A DNA stretch of 64,000 nt from an uncultured SAR116 cluster alpha proteobacterium (lineage in GTDB: Bacteria > Pseudomonadota > Alphaproteobacteria > Puniceispirillales > Marisalimonadaceae). Below are positions 31,233-41,940 of this stretch, one piece after another. The stretch spans positions 22,247 to 86,246 of the forward strand of contig CABZCK010000003.1 in NCBI GenBank assembly GCA_902524215.1, written 5' to 3'. The translations under genes and the position numbers were made by a program. Below the pieces are notes generated by a model. It ran no database searches and was not told the origin of the DNA. It saw nothing but the letters and a program-made list of their open reading frames with translations. Every line of letters starts with the position of its first letter. The first letter of the stretch is position 1.

Positions 31233-31737
31233 TCAGCTAAACAAAATATTATTTACCCTAATCTTGATAATATCATTTGTGAGTACTACTTCCGCAAAAA
31301 CTAAATTTATTGGCACACATAAAGACTGGACAGCCTACTCAAATAAAGAAAAAAATGGTAAAACTTGTTTTATAGCTTCTGAACCACTTAAGTCTTCTGG
31401 AAAATATAATAAAAGTAATAGAGGTAAAACTTATGTCTTTGTAACTAATGTAAAAAATGGAACAAATCATGAGATTTCAGTTGTCGCAGGTTTTAATTAT
31501 AAAAAAAATACTAAGGTCAAATTTACTATAGATAAAAATACTACTTTATTATTTCCAGTTGACGACAGAGCATGGTCAGAATCTCCTAAAATTGACAAAA
31601 TATTAGTTAGAAAAATGAAAAAGGGAAATAAATTGATTATTGAAGGAACATCATCTCCTGGTAATGTAATTACAGATCATTATTCCTTAAGTGGTTTTAC
31701 AAAAGCGCTATCTTTAATAGACAAAAATTGTTCATAA
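31225..31737 (+). CDS. secreted IalB-like (invasion-associated locus B family) protein
   Basis: About 170 aa with a signal peptide ending in TSAKT. It contains KDWTAYS...GKTCFIASEP and a C-terminal Cys, as in alphaproteobacterial IalB-family proteins. Identified by recollection only. Confidence 0.5.
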   Translation: MFNQLNKILFTLILIISFVSTTSAKTKFIGTHKDWTAYSNKEKNGKTCFIASEPLKSSGKYNKSNRGKTYVFVTNVKNGTNHEISVVAGFNYKKNTKVKFTIDKNTTLLFPVDDRAWSESPKIDKILVRKMKKGNKLIIEGTSSPGNVITDHYSLSGFTKALSLIDKNCS

Positions 31738-31743
31738 TTTTTC

Positions 31744-32826
31744 ATGCAAAGACAAAACATTATTGATTTATCTCTAATTGAATTAGAAAATTTTTGTTTA
31801 GAATTAGGATTAAAACATTTTAAAGCTAAACAAATTTGGAATTGGATATACTGTTTTGGAAAAATTAATTTTCAAGAAATGACAAATCTAGATAAAAAGA
31901 CTAGAGCATTGCTAAATGAATGTTCATTCATATTTAGGCCGAAAATAAATAGTGTTCATAAAAGTAAAGATGGAACAATAAAATGGTTATTAGAGATGGA
32001 TGATAAAAGTTTAATAGAAACTGTTTTTATTCCACAAGGTAAGCGAGGAACAATTTGTATTTCTAGCCAAGTTGGGTGTACATTGAGTTGTACATTTTGT
32101 AATACTGGCACTCAAAAATTAGTTAGAAACCTATCTACTTACGAAATTTTAGGACAAATTTTTACTGTTATTGACCATTTAAATGATTGGCCAATGGGTA
32201 AGACAAATAGAAAAGTTACTAATCTGGTTATGATGGGGATGGGTGAACCTTTACTGAATTACGAAAATGTTAAAAAAGCGCTTAAGATAGTTATGTCTTC
32301 AAACGGCTTATGTATTTCAAAAAGAAGGATAACAATGTCTACTTCAGGGATTGTGCCAATGATTGAGCAATGTGGAAAAGATCTTGATGTTAATTTAGCA
32401 ATTTCTCTTCATGCTGTTGATGACAAACTTAGAAATGAATTAGTACCAATAAATAAAAAATACAATATTTCAACTCTTTTACAAGCGTGTAAAAAATACC
32501 CAAGTTTATCTAATTCTAGAAGAATAACATGGGAATATGTAATGTTAAAAGATGTTAATGATAGAAAAGAGGATGCTATCAATTTGTTAAATTTAATTAA
32601 AGGAATACCCTCAAAAATTAATTTGATTCCTTTTAATCCTTGGCCTGGAACTTTTTATGAAACATCTACTTCAGAACAAATTAAACTTTTTTCTAATATT
32701 ATTATGAAAGCTGGCTATCCTACTCCAATAAGATCAACAAGAGGTGATGATATATTGGCTGCTTGTGGTCAACTTAAATCAAAAACTGAAAAAAGAAAAA
32801 AATCTCTATTATCCTCTATTCATTAA
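31744..32826 (+). CDS. rlmN: 23S rRNA/tRNA (adenine-C2)-methyltransferase, radical SAM
   Basis: 360 aa with a radical-SAM cluster CTLSCTFC, GMGEPLLN and a C-terminal CGQL motif. Confidence 0.9.
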   Translation: MQRQNIIDLSLIELENFCLELGLKHFKAKQIWNWIYCFGKINFQEMTNLDKKTRALLNECSFIFRPKINSVHKSKDGTIKWLLEMDDKSLIETVFIPQGKRGTICISSQVGCTLSCTFCNTGTQKLVRNLSTYEILGQIFTVIDHLNDWPMGKTNRKVTNLVMMGMGEPLLNYENVKKALKIVMSSNGLCISKRRITMSTSGIVPMIEQCGKDLDVNLAISLHAVDDKLRNELVPINKKYNISTLLQACKKYPSLSNSRRITWEYVMLKDVNDRKEDAINLLNLIKGIPSKINLIPFNPWPGTFYETSTSEQIKLFSNIIMKAGYPTPIRSTRGDDILAACGQLKSKTEKRKKSLLSSIH

Positions 32827-32926
32827 TATTTATTATAAATTTATCAATATTTTTAGCGCATGATGTTCTTGCTTTCATAAACTTTAATAACTATATTAAT
32901 AAAAAAACAAATAAAAAGGATAAATT

Positions 32927-33655
32927 ATGAATGATAATCGTTTCATGTCGAGTTCTCAAGCGCAAGCTGCTCAGATTGATGTTGGTCTAAGATCATACAT
33001 GCTAGGCGTGTATAATCATATGACTACAGCACTTGCATTAACTGGTTTATTGGCATTAGGATTAAACTTTCTATCAGTTTCTAATGGTCAGTTGACACCA
33101 ATAGGAGAACTTTTCTTCTTAAGCCCTCTTAAATGGGTAGTTATATTAGCACCTTTAGGAATGGTATTTTACATTTCAGCTAAATTACAAAGTATCAGCT
33201 CACAAAAAGCTAGAAATCTTTTTTATATATATGCAGGTCTGATGGGCTTGTCTCTATCATCACTTTTATTAGTCTACACTGGAGAATCAGTTGTAAGGGT
33301 ATTCTTTATAACTGCAGCATCTTTTGCTGGTTTGTCAATATATGGATATACTACAAAAAAGTCCTTAAGTGGACTTGGATCATTTCTTATTATGGGCGTT
33401 TTTGGTCTTATAATAGCACAAATTGTCAATATATTCCTAGCTTCATCAGGTTTAGATTTTATGATTTCAATTATTGGAGTATTAATTTTTGCTGGCCTTA
33501 CAGCTTATGATACTCAGAAGATTAAGAATATGTATTATGCCGCTGACGATAGTGAAACAGCAGGTAAAAAATCTATAATAGGTGCCTTAACTTTATACTT
33601 AGATTTTATTTTGATGTTTCAGTTTTTATTATCATTACTTGGTAATCGTGAGTAA
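32927..33655 (+). CDS. Bax inhibitor-1/YccA-family membrane protein
   Basis: 242 aa with seven hydrophobic helices. It has an N-terminal LRSYMLGVYNHM motif and a C-terminal GALTLYLDFI..F motif. Confidence 0.85.
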   Translation: MNDNRFMSSSQAQAAQIDVGLRSYMLGVYNHMTTALALTGLLALGLNFLSVSNGQLTPIGELFFLSPLKWVVILAPLGMVFYISAKLQSISSQKARNLFYIYAGLMGLSLSSLLLVYTGESVVRVFFITAASFAGLSIYGYTTKKSLSGLGSFLIMGVFGLIIAQIVNIFLASSGLDFMISIIGVLIFAGLTAYDTQKIKNMYYAADDSETAGKKSIIGALTLYLDFILMFQFLLSLLGNRE

Positions 33656-33668
33656 TTAATATAAAAAT

Positions 33669-33700
33669 AAAACCCATCCTATATCGATGGGTTTTATTTT
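33669..33700. terminator. bidirectional intrinsic terminator hairpin between convergent genes
   Basis: Perfect 10-bp stem AAAACCCATC / GATGGGTTTT with a 7-nt loop. It is flanked by an A-run on the 5' side and a T-run on the 3' side, so it can act on both strands. Confidence 0.65.
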
Positions 33701-34238
33701 ACATTATTTTTTTTAATTCATTTAAAAATTTTTCTGAAGAAGGTTTAGTTACACTAGAAAACCAAGATGATAACTTCCCATTTTTACTTATCAGATACTT
33801 ATAAAAGTTCCATTTTGGAAGTGATAAATATCCAGCTTCCTTTTCAACCCAATTAAAAAAAGGATGTCGGTTTTTTCCTTTAACTTTAGTTATAGTAGTA
33901 ATAGGAAAAGAAATATTAAAATTTACTTCACAGAATTCTTTAACCTTTTTGTTATTTTTAAATTCCTGACCTCCAAAATCATTAGATGGAATTGCTATAA
34001 TAACAAGTCCCTTTTTGTTAAATTTTTGATAAAGGTTTTCTAATTGTTCATATTGATAAGTAAAACCGCAAAATGAAGCTGAATTTACAACTATAATCGG
34101 TTTATTTTTGAATTCTTTTAATGAAATAATATTTCCATCAATACTCTCAAAACTTAAATCAAAAAAGTCAGAATTTGCTGGAGAAGTGATGCTCATAAAA
34201 AAAGTAAATATCATAATTAAAAAACTTTTACTAATCAT
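33699..34238 (-). CDS. glutathione peroxidase-family protein (Cys type) with N-terminal signal-like segment
   Basis: 179 aa. NSASFCGFTYQYEQLENLY matches the GPx active-site motif with Cys, and PSNDFGGQE and KWNFYKYL motifs are present. Confidence 0.85.
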   Translation of the reverse strand: MISKSFLIMIFTFFMSITSPANSDFFDLSFESIDGNIISLKEFKNKPIIVVNSASFCGFTYQYEQLENLYQKFNKKGLVIIAIPSNDFGGQEFKNNKKVKEFCEVNFNISFPITTITKVKGKNRHPFFNWVEKEAGYLSLPKWNFYKYLISKNGKLSSWFSSVTKPSSEKFLNELKKIM

Positions 34239-35325
34239 ACCAAATCTTTTTAAAAAAATTACATATTAGTTGATCTGAAAAATTAGAAACTATATTATTT
34301 CTTAATTTAGTTAAAGTACTAATTCCAAAAGACATTCCAACTATATTTGAAATAGATTTTAGTTTTCTTTTTTTTTCACAAGTATTTATTGAGAAATCTT
34401 CAAAAATTTCATCATATGAATTAGTATTTTCTACTAAAAATTTTAGATAATTTGCATCTTCGATTATTTTATTTCCTACTTGGGCTAAATGGGGTTCAAA
34501 AGAAAATCCAGCGTCTCCAAATAGCAAAATATTATTTCTGTGAATTGTTTGAATTTCGTCTTCGAAAAAATAAAAATAACCTTTATTCCACTCTATTGTA
34601 GAAAATTTTGAAATGCTTTTTAGTTTACCTAATATTTCATTTGAGTCTTGAAAGCGCCTGTTAGGAATAAAAACATAATTAATGTACGTTTTGTTATTAT
34701 TAATAAATGGATAAGAAACAAAATGTCCATAATTTGAAAAATTTAATTCAAGTGTTTTTTGTTTTAATAATAATTGTTTTTTATCATCTGATACTCCACG
34801 AAAAACTTGTTTTTTGTCTATTTTAGTAGTACCACATACATATTTCCTAGTAATACCATTAACTCCATCGCAACCAATTATTATATCAGCTGTGATATAC
34901 TCATTATTATCCATCAAAACTTCAAACTTCCCAGGTTTTCTTTGGATAAAGCCAACACATGACTTGTTTATTTCACTTATTTGAATATTTCTCTTTACAT
35001 TTTTAATCAAAAAATTAATTAACATTTCTCTACTTACAGAAAAATATTTTAAATCGAATTCATTAAAATAAAAATTTTTCAAGTTTTTAGTTTTATTATT
35101 ATTATAACTATTTATTTGGAACTTAATTATTTCATGAACAATTTTTTTAACCTCATTATTTTCAGTCAATTCTTTTAGGGCTTTGAAACCGTTAGGAGAT
35201 AATTGCTGAGCTCCAAATGTTTTATATTTATATCCTATTATTGTAATATTAACTTTTTTATTTATAAATGCATTAGCAACAGACCATGCAGATAAACTAT
35301 TACCGATTATTAAAATCTTCTTCAT
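34231..35325 (-). CDS. FAD-dependent monooxygenase (UbiH/Coq6/salicylate hydroxylase class)
   Basis: 364 aa with GCDGVNGITRK (the GADG..S..R motif) and GDAGFSFEPHLAQVGNKIIEDA (the GDAAH...GQG..DA motif). The N-terminal dinucleotide motif is degenerate (GNSLSA). Confidence 0.6.
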   Translation of the reverse strand: MKKILIIGNSLSAWSVANAFINKKVNITIIGYKYKTFGAQQLSPNGFKALKELTENNEVKKIVHEIIKFQINSYNNNKTKNLKNFYFNEFDLKYFSVSREMLINFLIKNVKRNIQISEINKSCVGFIQRKPGKFEVLMDNNEYITADIIIGCDGVNGITRKYVCGTTKIDKKQVFRGVSDDKKQLLLKQKTLELNFSNYGHFVSYPFINNNKTYINYVFIPNRRFQDSNEILGKLKSISKFSTIEWNKGYFYFFEDEIQTIHRNNILLFGDAGFSFEPHLAQVGNKIIEDANYLKFLVENTNSYDEIFEDFSINTCEKKRKLKSISNIVGMSFGISTLTKLRNNIVSNFSDQLICNFFKKIWYD

Positions 35326-35456
35326 TAAACTAATTTAAATAATTAATTTAAAATAAACAGAAAAAATAGAATTTTTTTTATTTTTTTCTTGGCAATAAAC
35401 AAATAATTGTTAAATTAATTTTTTTTAACTGTTACATATTATCACAAATACAAAGA

Positions 35457-37061
35457 ATGATCTCTGACCAACTGAAAAAAATAGGCATAACTAATCCTCT
35501 TGAGATAATATATAACCCTTCATTTGATAAATTATATGAAGAGGAAACTCTTTCAGAATTAACTGGTTACGAAAAATCTCAAAAAACAGAATATGGGGCA
35601 TTGAACGTAAAAACTGGAATTTATACTGGTAGGTCTCCTAAAGATAAATATATAGTTAAAGACAAAACCACAGAAGATAATTTTTGGTGGACGTCAAATG
35701 ATAGAAAAAATGATAATAAACCAATTTCACAAGAAGTTTGGGAAAATTTAAAATTCAACGTAACAAACCAATTATCAAACAAAAAATTATATGTAATTGA
35801 TGCGTTTTGTGGAGCAAACAAAGATACATGTTTAAAAGTTAGATTTGTTATGGAAGTAGCCTGGCAAGCTCATTTTGTGAAAAATATGTTTATCAGACCT
35901 TCGGAACAAGAACTTAAAAATTTTGTTCCAGATTTTCATGTAATAAATGGATCTAAGACTACTAATAAAGATTTTAAAAAACATAATATGAATTCTGAAA
36001 CATTTATAGCCTTTAACTTAACCGAAAGGATACAACTTATCGGGGGGACTTGGTACGGAGGAGAGATGAAAAAGGGTATGTTTGCCGTCATGAATTATTT
36101 GTTACCTCAAAAAGGTATAGCCTCAATGCATTGCTCTGCAAATAAAGGTATTAACGACGATACAGTTGCTTTATTTTTTGGATTGTCTGGAACTGGAAAA
36201 ACAACTTTATCTACAGACCCTAAAAGAAGTTTAATCGGCGATGATGAACATGGCTGGGATGATGATGGAATATTTAATTTTGAAGGGGGCTGTTATGCCA
36301 AAACAGTTAATTTAGATCCTAAGAAAGAACCTGAAATTTTTAAAGCTATAAAAAAAGATGCTCTTTTAGAAAATGTAATTGTCGATAATAACGGTAAAGT
36401 AGACTATGATGATATATCTCTAACTGAAAATACCAGAGTATCCTATCCGATTTATCATATAGATAATATAGTTCAACCAATTTCAAAAGGTGGTCATGCT
36501 AATAAAGTTATATTTTTAACTGCAGATGCATTTGGCGTTCTTCCAGCTGTATCTATATTGAGTAATGAAGAAGCTCAATATCATTTTCTTTCTGGTTTTA
36601 CAGCAAAATTAGCTGGAACAGAAAGAGGCGTAGATAAACCAACACCAACTTTTTCTGCTTGTTTTGGCAAAGCTTTTTTAACATTACATCCAACAAAATA
36701 TGCTGAAGTCCTCTCAAAAAGAATGAAAATGAATAGTTCTAAAGCATATCTTGTGAATACTGGTTGGAATGGGAGAGGTGAAAGAATTTCATTAAAAAAT
36801 ACTCGTTCAATAATTGATAACATATTAAATAACAAAATTGACAGTGTTCCTACAACTAAAATTCCAATTTTTAATTTAGAGATACCAACCGAATTAAATG
36901 ATATTGATTCTAACATATTCGATCCAAGAAAAAGTTGGGCCTCAGATATAAATTGGGAGAATAAAGCAATAGAATTAGCAAAATTATTTATTGCCAACTT
37001 TGATCAATTTTGTGATAGCGAAAATGGAAAAAATTTAGTAAAATTTGGTCCACAAGTTTAA
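35457..37061 (+). CDS. pckA: phosphoenolpyruvate carboxykinase (ATP)
   Basis: 534 aa with the kinase-1a motif [19 protein letters not shown] and the overall ATP-type length. Confidence 0.95.
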   Translation: MISDQLKKIGITNPLEIIYNPSFDKLYEEETLSELTGYEKSQKTEYGALNVKTGIYTGRSPKDKYIVKDKTTEDNFWWTSNDRKNDNKPISQEVWENLKFNVTNQLSNKKLYVIDAFCGANKDTCLKVRFVMEVAWQAHFVKNMFIRPSEQELKNFVPDFHVINGSKTTNKDFKKHNMNSETFIAFNLTERIQLIGGTWYGGEMKKGMFAVMNYLLPQKGIASMHCSANKGINDDTVALFFGLSGTGKTTLSTDPKRSLIGDDEHGWDDDGIFNFEGGCYAKTVNLDPKKEPEIFKAIKKDALLENVIVDNNGKVDYDDISLTENTRVSYPIYHIDNIVQPISKGGHANKVIFLTADAFGVLPAVSILSNEEAQYHFLSGFTAKLAGTERGVDKPTPTFSACFGKAFLTLHPTKYAEVLSKRMKMNSSKAYLVNTGWNGRGERISLKNTRSIIDNILNNKIDSVPTTKIPIFNLEIPTELNDIDSNIFDPRKSWASDINWENKAIELAKLFIANFDQFCDSENGKNLVKFGPQV

Positions 37062-37079
37062 TTTATACATCTACTATTT

Positions 37080-38198
37080 ATGAAAATTATTTTATTTGTT
37101 TTACTATTCGTTAGTGCACAAATTGAAGTATATGCTCAACAAAAACAGTCTAAAAAAAGTTGGGCTAGTAGACAAACGCCTGTTGAAGTTATAGAAGCAA
37201 AAAAGACTAAATTATATAGTTTGGTACCTTCATACGGAAGAATTATTTCGTTAGAACCTTATTCAATTATTTCAAAAATAAATGAAGAAGTAAAAAAAAT
37301 ATACGTGCTTGAAGGTGCTAATGTTTTAAAAGGGCAAAAACTAATTGAGTTAGAAAACAAAAATATAAAAAGGTTAATTGCTAGATATGAAGCTGAAATT
37401 TTGTATAGTAAAGATAATCTAAAATTCTTAAATGAAGAATTAGCCATAATAAACGATAAACTTAAAAGGTTTTTAAATTTAAAAGAAAATAAAGTCATTT
37501 CTAATGATTTATTTGATGACTTGAGAATTAAGAAAATAAATTTAAATAAACAGGTCTCAAAAATTGAATTTGACTTGAAAAGATTATTTTATTTACTTTT
37601 ATCAAGTAAAGATGATTTGAATAACACAGTAATTAAATCACCTATTAATGGCAATCTTATCAAACTTAATGTTAAATTGGGTTCGGTACTAAATAAAGGA
37701 GTAAACATTGGTTCCATTTTAGATCCTCAAAATAATGAAATAGAGACATCTATAAGATCTGATTTAGCATCGAAGTTACAACCAGAGTTTCCAGTGCAAA
37801 TTATTGTCAATGATAAAATTTTAAATTCTCAAATAAGAGCTATAATTGCATCTGAAAATATTAAAACTGGCTCAAGATTACTAAAAATAAAAATACCAAA
37901 ATCCCTACCAATGGAATTTAATTTTCCAAACAAACGAATTCAATTAAGAGTTCCAATAAATGATGGTAAATCTAGAATAATCATACCTAAAGATGGCTTA
38001 ATTGCAGATGGCATTGAAAAGTTAGTTTACATAGTAGAGAAAAACAAAGTTAAAAGAAAAAAGGTTATAATTGGACAATCATTTAAAGATCAAATTGAAA
38101 TAAAATTAGGAGTAAATGAAGGTGATTTAGTTGTCGTAAAAGGTAATGAAAATATCAGACCAAATCAATCTGTAAAAGTTAAGAAAAACAAAAAATGA
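37080..38198 (+). CDS. RND efflux pump periplasmic adaptor (membrane fusion protein)
   Basis: 372 aa with a signal peptide, a coiled-coil hairpin region flanked by lipoyl-like segments, and a C-terminal beta domain. It overlaps the RND permease (ATGA). Confidence 0.75.
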   Translation: MKIILFVLLFVSAQIEVYAQQKQSKKSWASRQTPVEVIEAKKTKLYSLVPSYGRIISLEPYSIISKINEEVKKIYVLEGANVLKGQKLIELENKNIKRLIARYEAEILYSKDNLKFLNEELAIINDKLKRFLNLKENKVISNDLFDDLRIKKINLNKQVSKIEFDLKRLFYLLLSSKDDLNNTVIKSPINGNLIKLNVKLGSVLNKGVNIGSILDPQNNEIETSIRSDLASKLQPEFPVQIIVNDKILNSQIRAIIASENIKTGSRLLKIKIPKSLPMEFNFPNKRIQLRVPINDGKSRIIIPKDGLIADGIEKLVYIVEKNKVKRKKVIIGQSFKDQIEIKLGVNEGDLVVVKGNENIRPNQSVKVKKNKK

Positions 38199-41100
38199 AA
38201 AACTTTATAAGGCTTTGTATTCTTAATCCAGTAGCTATTTTAGCTTTAGTTATATTGACTGTAGTTTTTGGTATAGTTGCTCTTAAAGAAATCCCAATAC
38301 AAATGACTCCAGACATAGACAAACCAATTCTTCAGGTTCGTGTGTCTTGGCAAGGTGCTTCACCAGATGATATCGAAAGAGAGATTATCACAAGATTAGA
38401 GAGATCAATAAGCTCCTTATCAGGTGTTGAAAAAATAGAATCGGATAGTAGATACGGTTCGGGTAGAGTTACTCTCACTTATAATATTGGTGAAAATATA
38501 GATAATGCTACAATTAAATTGTTGAATAGAATTTCAACAATTAATGGACTTCCCGAAGAGGCTTCAAAACCTGTGGTGAGGACATCTAATTCAGAAGACA
38601 GTCCTATATCAAGATTAGTTTTAATCAAAACAAAAGACTCTAAAATCGGTAAAATGACCACTTTAGGTGATTTAGTTGAATTTGAGATAATAGAAAATTT
38701 ATCAAGAATTGAAGGCGTTTCTGAAATTACATTTAGAGGAGGTAGTAAAAAAGAATTAAAAATTAGTGTAGATATGCAAAAACTTGCTAATTTTGGTATA
38801 AATATAAATAGTTTAGTTAATTCACTTAAAAGTAGTTCTGCTCAATTAACAGCAGGAGAATTAATTGAAGGAAAAAGAACATATACTCTTAGAGCTGAAT
38901 CTATTTCCTACACACCTGAGAGCGCAGAGAAAATTATAATTAAAACTGATAGTTCAACGAGTATAAGTAGCACGTCAGTGAAGTTAGGTGATGTAGCTGA
39001 CACTTTTATATCTTATAAAGATCCAACAAGCTTTAGAAGAATTAATGGAGAAGATGCTATAACGTTTGCAGTTTTAAGAGAGCCTGGAGCAAATGTTGTT
39101 AAAACGATGAATTTATTAAATAAGGAAATTGAAAACTTAAATAAGACAAACTTAAACAATAAAGGTTTAGATTTGTACAATGTCTATGATGAAACAGTCT
39201 ATATAAATAATGCAATCGATTTAGTTCAACAAAATATAATTATTGGAGGGATCCTGGCAATTTGTATTTTGATGATTTTCTTAAGGAATTTAAGACCTAC
39301 CCTTATAATTATGTTTGCTATACCAGTTTCCGTTGTGGGTACATTCGTTATGATATCCTCTTTAGGACTTTCAATTAATGTAATATCACTTGCAGGTTTG
39401 GCTTTTGCTGTCGGAATGGTTGTTGACGCTTCAATTGTAAGTCAAGAAAATATTTATAGACTTAATCAAACTGGTTTAAATTCAGAAAAAGCGTCTTTAA
39501 ATGGTGCATTGCAAGTCTGGAAGCCAATTTTAGGTTCTGCTCTAACCACGGTTGTCGTTTTTATACCAGTTTTAATGATTGACCTTCCAATTGGACAGTT
39601 GTTTAGGGATATCGCAGTAGCTATATCAGTTTCAGTAATCATTTCTGTTTTAGTATCTTTAACATTAATACCAACCATGGCTAATCTTTCTTTACGAAAA
39701 CAGAATCTTAATAAGCTTAAAATTATTAGGATACCAGCTATTGATAATTTATCTCTAAGGTTTAGAAAAGTGATTTTAAATTATATTGAATGGTCACTCC
39801 AATCATCAAAAAGAGGTTTAAGCATAATATTTAGCATAATAATAATATCATTTATTTTTGTTTTTTCTTTTATTCCTCCCTTAGATTATTTGCCAGACGG
39901 AAATAGAAATTTTGTATTTGCAAGAATAATTGTTCCTCCAGGTTATAATAAAGAGGCTACGCTTGATATAGCTAAGGCAATGGAAAAATCAGCTCAACCG
40001 TTATGGGAAAAGAAAATTGATGTTGAAGGTGAAAAACCAAAAATATCAAGGTTCTTTTTTGTTGCTTATTCGGGAGGAGCTTTTGCCGGTGCAACAACAG
40101 AAAATGCAAAAAGAGTTAAAGAAATATTACCAATTTTAACCAAACCTGTCAGAGCTCAACCTGGTGCAAGGGCTTTTGCACAACAAGCATCACTTTTTGG
40201 AAGATCTGTAGGTGGCTCTAGATCTATTAGAATTAACATCACAGGACCTTCTTTAAACGATATAAGACCTATTGCACAAAATTTATTTAGAGGGATAAGA
40301 AAAGAGTTTCCTCCGTCAGAAGGTCATCAAGTAAGATCCATACCAACATTAAATAATGGTGTTCCTCAGGTTATTATAAAACCAAATAATTTAAAATTGT
40401 CAGAGTATGGCATTTCAGCAAGAGAATTTGCAACTGTTTTGGATGTGTATAATGATGGATTGAGGGTGTCTGAAATTCCATTTGAAGGAAGATTAATTGA
40501 TATGACATTGTTATCAAATAAAAGTAATCTAAATAAAATTGATGATCTAGAGAATTTTTCTTTTGTTACAAAAAGTGGTGAAAATATTACACTATCACAA
40601 GTAGCTGATTTAGAAATTGTCGGTCTACCTAACCAAATAAAACGTCTTTCAGGTAAAAGAGTTTTATCTATTCAATTAAGACCAAATGAAGAGATTTCAT
40701 TAGAAGAATCTATTAAGATTTTAAATGAAAAATTAATTTATCCCCTTAATAGTAAACTTCCTAAAAGTGTATTCATTAATATATCGGGAGCTGCAAGCGA
40801 ATTGGAAAGAACATGGAATAGTATGCAGCAAAATGTTTTGATCGCAATGTTTGTAATTTTTATTCTTTTAACGATTTTGATGAAATCATTTACTCTTCCT
40901 TTAATAGTCTTAGTTATTGTTCCTACTGCTGCAGTAGGAGGAATTATAGCATTAATAATTATAAACTTGTTTATTAAACAACCGTTAGACATGTTAACTA
41001 TGCTAGGTTTCATAATATTAACAGGTGTTGTTGTTAACAATTCAATTTTAATGGTGGAGCAAACAGTTTGGCATAAAAAGCATGAAAACTTAACACTTAA

Positions 41101-41329
41101 ATATTGTATCATAGAAGCTACTAAGAATAGAATTAGACCTATTTTTATGTCTACACTAACCAGTTTATTCGGCTTAATGCCTTTACTTCTGTTTCCAGGT
41201 GCAGGTTCTGAGCTTTATAGAGGAATTGGTGCGGTTATTTTTGGAGGTTTAACTATGTCAACATTACTAACATTTTTTATGATACCTCCATTATTAATGA
41301 TAGCCCTGAGACATCAGAAAAGTAATTAA
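38195..41329 (+). CDS. RND efflux transporter permease (AcrB/HAE family)
   Basis: 1044 aa with a 12-TM architecture, two large periplasmic loops and conserved AFAVGMVVDASIV and ILTGVVVNNSILMVE segments. Confidence 0.9.
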   Translation: MKNFIRLCILNPVAILALVILTVVFGIVALKEIPIQMTPDIDKPILQVRVSWQGASPDDIEREIITRLERSISSLSGVEKIESDSRYGSGRVTLTYNIGENIDNATIKLLNRISTINGLPEEASKPVVRTSNSEDSPISRLVLIKTKDSKIGKMTTLGDLVEFEIIENLSRIEGVSEITFRGGSKKELKISVDMQKLANFGININSLVNSLKSSSAQLTAGELIEGKRTYTLRAESISYTPESAEKIIIKTDSSTSISSTSVKLGDVADTFISYKDPTSFRRINGEDAITFAVLREPGANVVKTMNLLNKEIENLNKTNLNNKGLDLYNVYDETVYINNAIDLVQQNIIIGGILAICILMIFLRNLRPTLIIMFAIPVSVVGTFVMISSLGLSINVISLAGLAFAVGMVVDASIVSQENIYRLNQTGLNSEKASLNGALQVWKPILGSALTTVVVFIPVLMIDLPIGQLFRDIAVAISVSVIISVLVSLTLIPTMANLSLRKQNLNKLKIIRIPAIDNLSLRFRKVILNYIEWSLQSSKRGLSIIFSIIIISFIFVFSFIPPLDYLPDGNRNFVFARIIVPPGYNKEATLDIAKAMEKSAQPLWEKKIDVEGEKPKISRFFFVAYSGGAFAGATTENAKRVKEILPILTKPVRAQPGARAFAQQASLFGRSVGGSRSIRINITGPSLNDIRPIAQNLFRGIRKEFPPSEGHQVRSIPTLNNGVPQVIIKPNNLKLSEYGISAREFATVLDVYNDGLRVSEIPFEGRLIDMTLLSNKSNLNKIDDLENFSFVTKSGENITLSQVADLEIVGLPNQIKRLSGKRVLSIQLRPNEEISLEESIKILNEKLIYPLNSKLPKSVFINISGAASELERTWNSMQQNVLIAMFVIFILLTILMKSFTLPLIVLVIVPTAAVGGIIALIIINLFIKQPLDMLTMLGFIILTGVVVNNSILMVEQTVWHKKHENLTLKYCIIEATKNRIRPIFMSTLTSLFGLMPLLLFPGAGSELYRGIGAVIFGGLTMSTLLTFFMIPPLLMIALRHQKSN

Positions 41330-41331
41330 AT

Positions 41332-41940
41332 TTAATAATTTAATTTTTTATTTAGTAGTTTTGCTTTTAATAACTCATATTTTGTATCTATGTCAAAAAT
41401 GGTTCCATAGCTACATGGCACGTGAATAAAATCTTTAGAGGGCAAAAACTTTCTAGCACCTTCATCTCTTTTTAGATTTTTTAACAAATTAAAATAGATC
41501 TTTGGAATTATCAAAGGGTTTCCAATTTGCTTTTTATAACATGGGGAAATGATTTTATTTTTTTTTTGAACAAAAGTATTAATTAGTTTTTTAAAATCTT
41601 TTTTAGAAATTAAAGGCATATCTCCTGGAATAAACATTATTCCATTTTTATTTATTTTTTTTTTTAAAATAAATGATACTGAGCTCCCTAAACCATTTTT
41701 ATAATTTTTATTATAAAAAACTTTTACATCATATTTATTTAATTTTTTTTTAAGGGAATTATAATTATCTCCACCAATTACAACTATGTTGTTTTGACTT
41801 GAATCAATTTCAATTAATCGATCTAAAATAGTTTCAATAAGAGTTTTTCCATTAATTTTTTCTAAGATTTTATTTTTTAATCCAAATCTTTTACTTAATC
41901 CAGCAGCTAAAACAACCTTTATGATTTTATTATTTTTCAA
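41332..41940 (-). CDS. MobA-like NTP transferase (molybdenum cofactor cytidylyl/guanylyltransferase-like)
   Basis: 202 aa with the N-terminal motif VVLAAGLSKRFG..K typical of the MobA/MocA family. It overlaps the XdhC-like gene by 4 bp. Confidence 0.7.
   Translation of the reverse strand: MKNNKIIKVVLAAGLSKRFGLKNKILEKINGKTLIETILDRLIEIDSSQNNIVVIGGDNYNSLKKKLNKYDVKVFYNKNYKNGLGSSVSFILKKKINKNGIMFIPGDMPLISKKDFKKLINTFVQKKNKIISPCYKKQIGNPLIIPKIYFNLLKNLKRDEGARKFLPSKDFIHVPCSYGTIFDIDTKYELLKAKLLNKKLNY

Noticed and set aside
33699-34238. Possible selenocysteine (in-frame TGA) in the glutathione peroxidase homologue
   Set aside because: The ORF is uninterrupted and the active-site residue is a Cys codon (NSASFCGFT). 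There is no TGA recoding and no SECIS-like hairpin.
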